A DNA stretch of 64,000 nucleotides from Phoronis australis (Eukaryota > Animalia > Phoronida). A program made the translations under genes and the position numbers. The stretch spans positions 159,463 through 223,462 of the forward strand of contig NMRA01000043.1 in NCBI GenBank assembly GCA_002633005.1, read 5' to 3'. Below are positions 63,756 to 64,000 of this stretch, piece by piece; within the stretch, counting starts at the first letter, position 1; the number at the start of each line of letters is the position of its first letter. The notes under the pieces are model-generated. The model did not search any database. It was not told where the DNA came from and saw nothing but the letters and a program-made list of their open reading frames with translations.

Positions 63756-64000
63756 GTAAAGTGACCTTGACGGTTGGTCGGAAGCCATAGTCATTGTCAG
63801 AGTAATCTTCATGATCGAGAATGAATGGGAATGAACAGTAAAGTTAAATGGGAATGAACAGTAAAGTTAAATGGCAAAGGCATTTTGTAATTAGAATTTG
63901 ACCACCTTAATAGTTAACGTATTACCAGTCATTTTTGCTGGTAACATAGTTACCTGCATGATGGAAAACAGTATTTTGTGTGATTACTTGTGTCTTGTGT

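Noticed and set aside
48974-64000. RBM42 terminal coding exon (GKYVGSRPIKLRKS...)
   Set aside because: Searched by eye and not found; presumed to lie beyond the right edge.

Overview
Eukaryotic, intron-rich and transposon-rich invertebrate DNA (lophotrochozoan-like by inference), not prokaryotic. Two housekeeping genes are arranged head-to-head with 204 bp between their ATGs: NDUFS2 (complex I 49-kDa subunit; minus strand; exons 1-7 in window, rest off the left edge) and RBM42 (plus strand; exons 1-4 found, last coding exon not found). Each host gene appears to carry an antisense nested coding sequence. NDUFS2 intron 7 holds an acidic Asp/Tyr-rich 22-aa-repeat ORF. RBM42 intron 4 holds a spliced secreted-peptide precursor with an elevenin-like C-x8-C loop and candidate alternative 3' exons. 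The shared promoter is bracketed by two inverted copies of one DNA transposon; both first introns are phase 2, so an inversion would swap the first exons in frame. The rest is non-autonomous DNA transposons (hAT-like with 5/6/8-bp TSDs, Kolobok-like, piggyBac-like, Tc2/pogo-like), CTCF-motif-rich repeats, tRNA-derived SINE heads and minisatellites, several of which amplify potentially functional sites (splice donor, CRE, transposon junction). Coordinates were read by hand; repeat boundaries are approximate.
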